A stretch of 61,129 nt of DNA from Candidatus Omnitrophota bacterium (GTDB lineage Bacteria; Omnitrophota; Gorgyraeia; 2-01-FULL-45-10): contig CAIMPC010000026.1 in NCBI GenBank assembly GCA_903843285.1, positions 1 through 61,129 on the forward strand, written 5' to 3'. The notes beneath the pieces were generated by a model. The model did no database searches. It was given only the letters and a program-made list of their open reading frames with translations, and was not told the DNA's origin. The position numbers and the translations under genes are program-made. Shown in pieces: positions 58,359-61,129 of this stretch. How positions within the stretch are numbered: the stretch's first letter is position 1; each line of letters starts with the position of its first letter.

Positions 58359-58979
58359 CTAGGTGGTAGTAATACCGGCTTTTTCGGCGAAGTGGATAAG
58401 CTCTGTTACGGTTTTAGCATGCATCTTCTGCATGACCCGGCCACGATGAACCTTTATGGTTTGGAGGGAAGTCCCACGCTTGAAAGCAATCTGCTTACTC
58501 AGCATACCCTTAGCCACGAAACAAAATACCTCAAGCTCTCGGGGAGATAAGGTCTTAATGCGGCGCTGTATTCTGGCTATTTCGGCTTCTTCTTTATTTT
58601 GAGTTTTGTTTTTTTCAATTGCTCGGTTAATGGCATCCAGCAGTTTCTTTTCAGTAAATGGTTTGGGAAGAAAGTCTATTGCTCCAGCTTTCATAGCTCT
58701 CACAGTCATAGGAATATCGCCATGCCCCGTAATAAAGATGATTGGGATAGTGAGCTTCCGCGCTGCCATCGCGTCTTGAAGCGCAAGTCCATCAATATCC
58801 GGCAGGCGAATGTCAAGTACCAGACATGATGAACTCTTAGGATGCTTACACGCTAAAAAATCTGAAGCACGCATAAATGTCTGAGACTTAAATCCGTGGG
58901 ATTTTAGCAATAAAGACAAGGCCCTGCATACAGAAATATCATCATCAACTATATATACGGTATCCCTGCGCCTGTTCAC
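58359..58979 (-). CDS. FixJ/NodW-family response regulator (REC + LuxR HTH)
   Basis: VYIVDDD, CLVLDIRLP, TGHGDIPMTVRAMKAGA, LSPRE, TIKVHRGRVMQKM. Confidence 0.93.
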   Translation of the reverse strand: MNRRRDTVYIVDDDISVCRALSLLLKSHGFKSQTFMRASDFLACKHPKSSSCLVLDIRLPDIDGLALQDAMAARKLTIPIIFITGHGDIPMTVRAMKAGAIDFLPKPFTEKKLLDAINRAIEKNKTQNKEEAEIARIQRRIKTLSPRELEVFCFVAKGMLSKQIAFKRGTSLQTIKVHRGRVMQKMHAKTVTELIHFAEKAGITTT

Positions 58980-59918
58980 TTAGAGATCCCTTTTATTAAT
59001 GGGAATAGTGAAGTAGAAGGTTGCGCCACGCTTAGAATTATTCTCTATCTCCAATCGGCCTCCGTGCGCCTCAATAATGGAACGGCTAATGGATAGCCCC
59101 ATACCCAAACCGTCCGGCTTACTGGTAAAAAAGTGCGTGAAGAGCTTGGGTATACTTTGCGCAGGAATGCCGCATCCGGAATCACTTACGTTCACAATAA
59201 CATTATCTTTATCTTTACGCGAGGCGCTAACCAGGATTTCGCGTGGACCCGAAATGCTATTCATGGCATCAAAACTGTTGCTTATAAGATTCAGGAGAAC
59301 CTGTTGCAGTTGTATGCGGTCACCGCGGACAAGCGGAAGATCTCTATCTATTTTCAGTTTTAATAAAACGCTTCTTATGATAGCATCCGTTAAAATAAGT
59401 ACAATGGTATCGCTAATAAGAACGCCCACATCTATTGGTTTCATTTCGGGCGCATTCTTCTTCAGTAGTGCACGTAACCGCTGGATGACCGCAGTCGCTC
59501 GCTGATCATCATCGATGATGTACCGTAGAATTTCCCGTATCTTAGGCTCCCTATCTGCGAGCATGCGCTCGGCAGCTTGAGAATACGAAAGAATGGCCGT
59601 AAGGGGTTGACTAATTTCATGAGCAAGCGAAGATACGAACTCCGCAAGCTTTCCAACTCTGGTGACATGCAAAAGCTCCTCGCGTTGCTTAATGATCTCC
59701 AGATCCTTCTTCCGTATTGAGATAGCGTCTATGTGGATCTGCTTTTCTGACTTTATCTGCTTCTTTATCCCACTCCTCAGCTGTCTATTCTTTATCTTGA
59801 GCTTATCGGCTTGCCGCTGAACTAATCCCTCCAGGCGCACACGCTCTCCGCTTCGGGTTCTTTTTCCTTTAAGAATCCGCGGTTTACGTTTTAGTTTGGA
59901 CTGTTTTATATTTGTCAT
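58980..59918 (-). CDS. FixL-type histidine kinase lacking a sensor domain
   Basis: LAHEISQPL, DRIQLQQVLLNL, DSGCG, GMGLSISRSIIEAHGG; the N-terminus is only a basic coiled coil. Confidence 0.85.
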   Translation of the reverse strand: MTNIKQSKLKRKPRILKGKRTRSGERVRLEGLVQRQADKLKIKNRQLRSGIKKQIKSEKQIHIDAISIRKKDLEIIKQREELLHVTRVGKLAEFVSSLAHEISQPLTAILSYSQAAERMLADREPKIREILRYIIDDDQRATAVIQRLRALLKKNAPEMKPIDVGVLISDTIVLILTDAIIRSVLLKLKIDRDLPLVRGDRIQLQQVLLNLISNSFDAMNSISGPREILVSASRKDKDNVIVNVSDSGCGIPAQSIPKLFTHFFTSKPDGLGMGLSISRSIIEAHGGRLEIENNSKRGATFYFTIPINKRDL

Positions 59919-59991
59919 TATTATTTATAGGGCCTATTAAGCGAAAAAGAAAACCACTCGAAAAACTGAGGGGTTCCTTTAATAATCTAAA

Positions 59992-60038
59992 CTAACCAGG
60001 TTAGATTCAGAATACCTGACTTTTCTAACCTGGTTAGA
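59992..60038. repeat. Pair of inverted, self-palindromic 14-bp sites
   Basis: CTAACCAGGTTAGA (59992-60005) and TCTAACCTGGTTAG (60024-60037). Confidence 0.7.
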
Positions 60039-60105
60039 TATAAGTGGTGAGGGGGGTTAGCCTATCGGCTTCAGGCCTATCTGATACTCGAATATGTCCA
60101 GAAAA
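60029..60105. repeat. Conserved non-coding element, copy B
   Basis: Colinear match to 37481-37555, including ATAAGTGGTGAGGGG, CTATC, CCTATCT and ATGTCC. Confidence 0.7.
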
Positions 60106-60229
60106 AAGCCCCCTTTTGTCCACATTTTCGCTGGACACAAAGCTATAATTCATTGTAATACAAGAGATTATAAAATGTCAATGAATGTCTACGGACATTT
60201 CTATTTTGTCTAAAATGTCCGGCCTTAAA

Positions 60230-60988
60230 CTAGCCTGCAAAAATGCCTGCGCCGACGCCATCTTCGTCATCATCATCCCGCGCATCTTCTTCCGGTGTCG
60301 TGCGCCCAAAGTCTGGATGATTAAGGCCTCTGCCGTGACGGTCCTTTGCGTCATCTGTCAAAGGCAAAAAGCCGACCTGGTTTATCTCCGCCTCTCTCAA
60401 GACCATTTCCAGGGCATCGGGTCCATCGTCATGATCGCCTCTGGGAAAATATTTGAGCTGGTCAAGCAGCATGGTATGTTTTCGAGAAAACAACACAGTG
60501 CCTGTTGTAATATACGTTTCCATCCCAAAGATTCTCAACTCCTTGTTCCTGGTATTGCGGACTTCCTTGAAAGGCACGAGAATATTCTCTTTGTAGGCAC
60601 GTTCGCGCACGGTCTTCAGCAAAAGCTCCGGAAATAAGTTTGCCTCGATAACGAATTTTTCCATGTGCGGATAAATTTTGCAGTAATTGATCATGGCCTG
60701 AACCAGGTCATCCTGCGACCTTTGAGCGATATCGGCTTCTAGAACGTAAATCTTCCCCTTGTGCTTGGCTATAACAATAATGGCAGAGTAATCCGAGCGG
60801 CCATTTTTTAAGCCAACACTGGGGTCAACGCCGGCAGAAATAACATAATCGCCGTTAAAAGATTCGAGAAGTTTTGCCACTGTAGGGAATTCATCATACC
60901 AATAATAGAACTTCTCCGGATCATAGCGGCACTCTTTGGCGTTAGTTGGGTCATTCTGTTTCTCGGAGTCAAAACTATATGAACCCTC
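60230..60988 (-). pseudogene. Phage terminase large subunit, C-terminal nuclease part (5' end interrupted)
   Basis: EGSYSFDSEKQNDP, AGVDPS...SDYSAI, IEANLF, QLKYFPRGDHDDGPDAL. In-frame TGA at 60998-61000 upstream; no ATPase domain in the window. Confidence 0.85.
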
Positions 60989-61129
60989 TGTGCAACTTCA
61001 GCCAGGAGTGGACACAGAGGGCTTGTTTTTAGTTTGTAGTTTTTGATATTGGTCTGGGTGGATAGTGGGTTATAATAAATAGCCTACTGAAAGGACCAAA
61101 ATGAAAGAATCCACCGCGTTATTAGAAAA
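60989..61129 (+). mobile_element. Probable left end of an IS3-family insertion sequence with the start of its ORF (ATG 61101)
   Basis: TG...CAGCCAGGAGTGGACAC resembles the IS3 terminal IR (TG...AGTGGACAC). It coincides with the terminase breakpoint; an AAAGGA RBS precedes MKESTALLE, which runs off the window. Confidence 0.55.

Noticed and set aside
60201-60210. CTATTTTGTC resembling a Tn7 TnsB-binding site
   Set aside because: A single short match, with no tns genes or defined Tn7 terminus.
60185-60637. 150-aa plus-strand ORF
   Set aside because: Antisense shadow of the terminase gene.

Overview
Bacterial chromosomal window from a diderm organism (lpxD, TolC, autotransporter), probably anaerobic given porCDAB. 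The protein styles tentatively suggest Candidatus Omnitrophota, but that is inference. The left ~29 kb is mostly core genome. It holds a DnaA-box cluster at the window edge, two alpha/beta hydrolases, two diguanylate cyclases, porCDAB, recR-dnaX (with a REP-like in-frame insert), a large TM/HEAT-repeat protein, an MFS transporter, a ~200-nt palindromic element, a GNAT-SMR-SMR-AsmA operon, MarR-TolC-RND with no adaptor gene, and lpxD. The right ~32 kb is accessory: secreted proteins, an MBL nuclease plus Pif1-like helicase, an autotransporter, and a ~22-kb cargo block. That block is bracketed by two homologous ~75-bp non-coding elements (37481-37555 and 60029-60105), and the right one sits just downstream of an orphan phage terminase gene interrupted by an IS3-like end. 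The cargo contains a FixL/FixJ-like pair and three matching promoters (ATTGTAC-N4-GTATAAT palindrome abutting TTGACC-N17-TAnnnT). It also has many unannotated small membrane proteins and lipoproteins, a five-gene glycolipid-type cluster with unusual fusions, a CHASE3-PAS kinase with three receiver proteins, and duplicated patatin-like genes. No rRNA, tRNA or CRISPR array was seen. All calls come from motif reading by eye, with no database searches.
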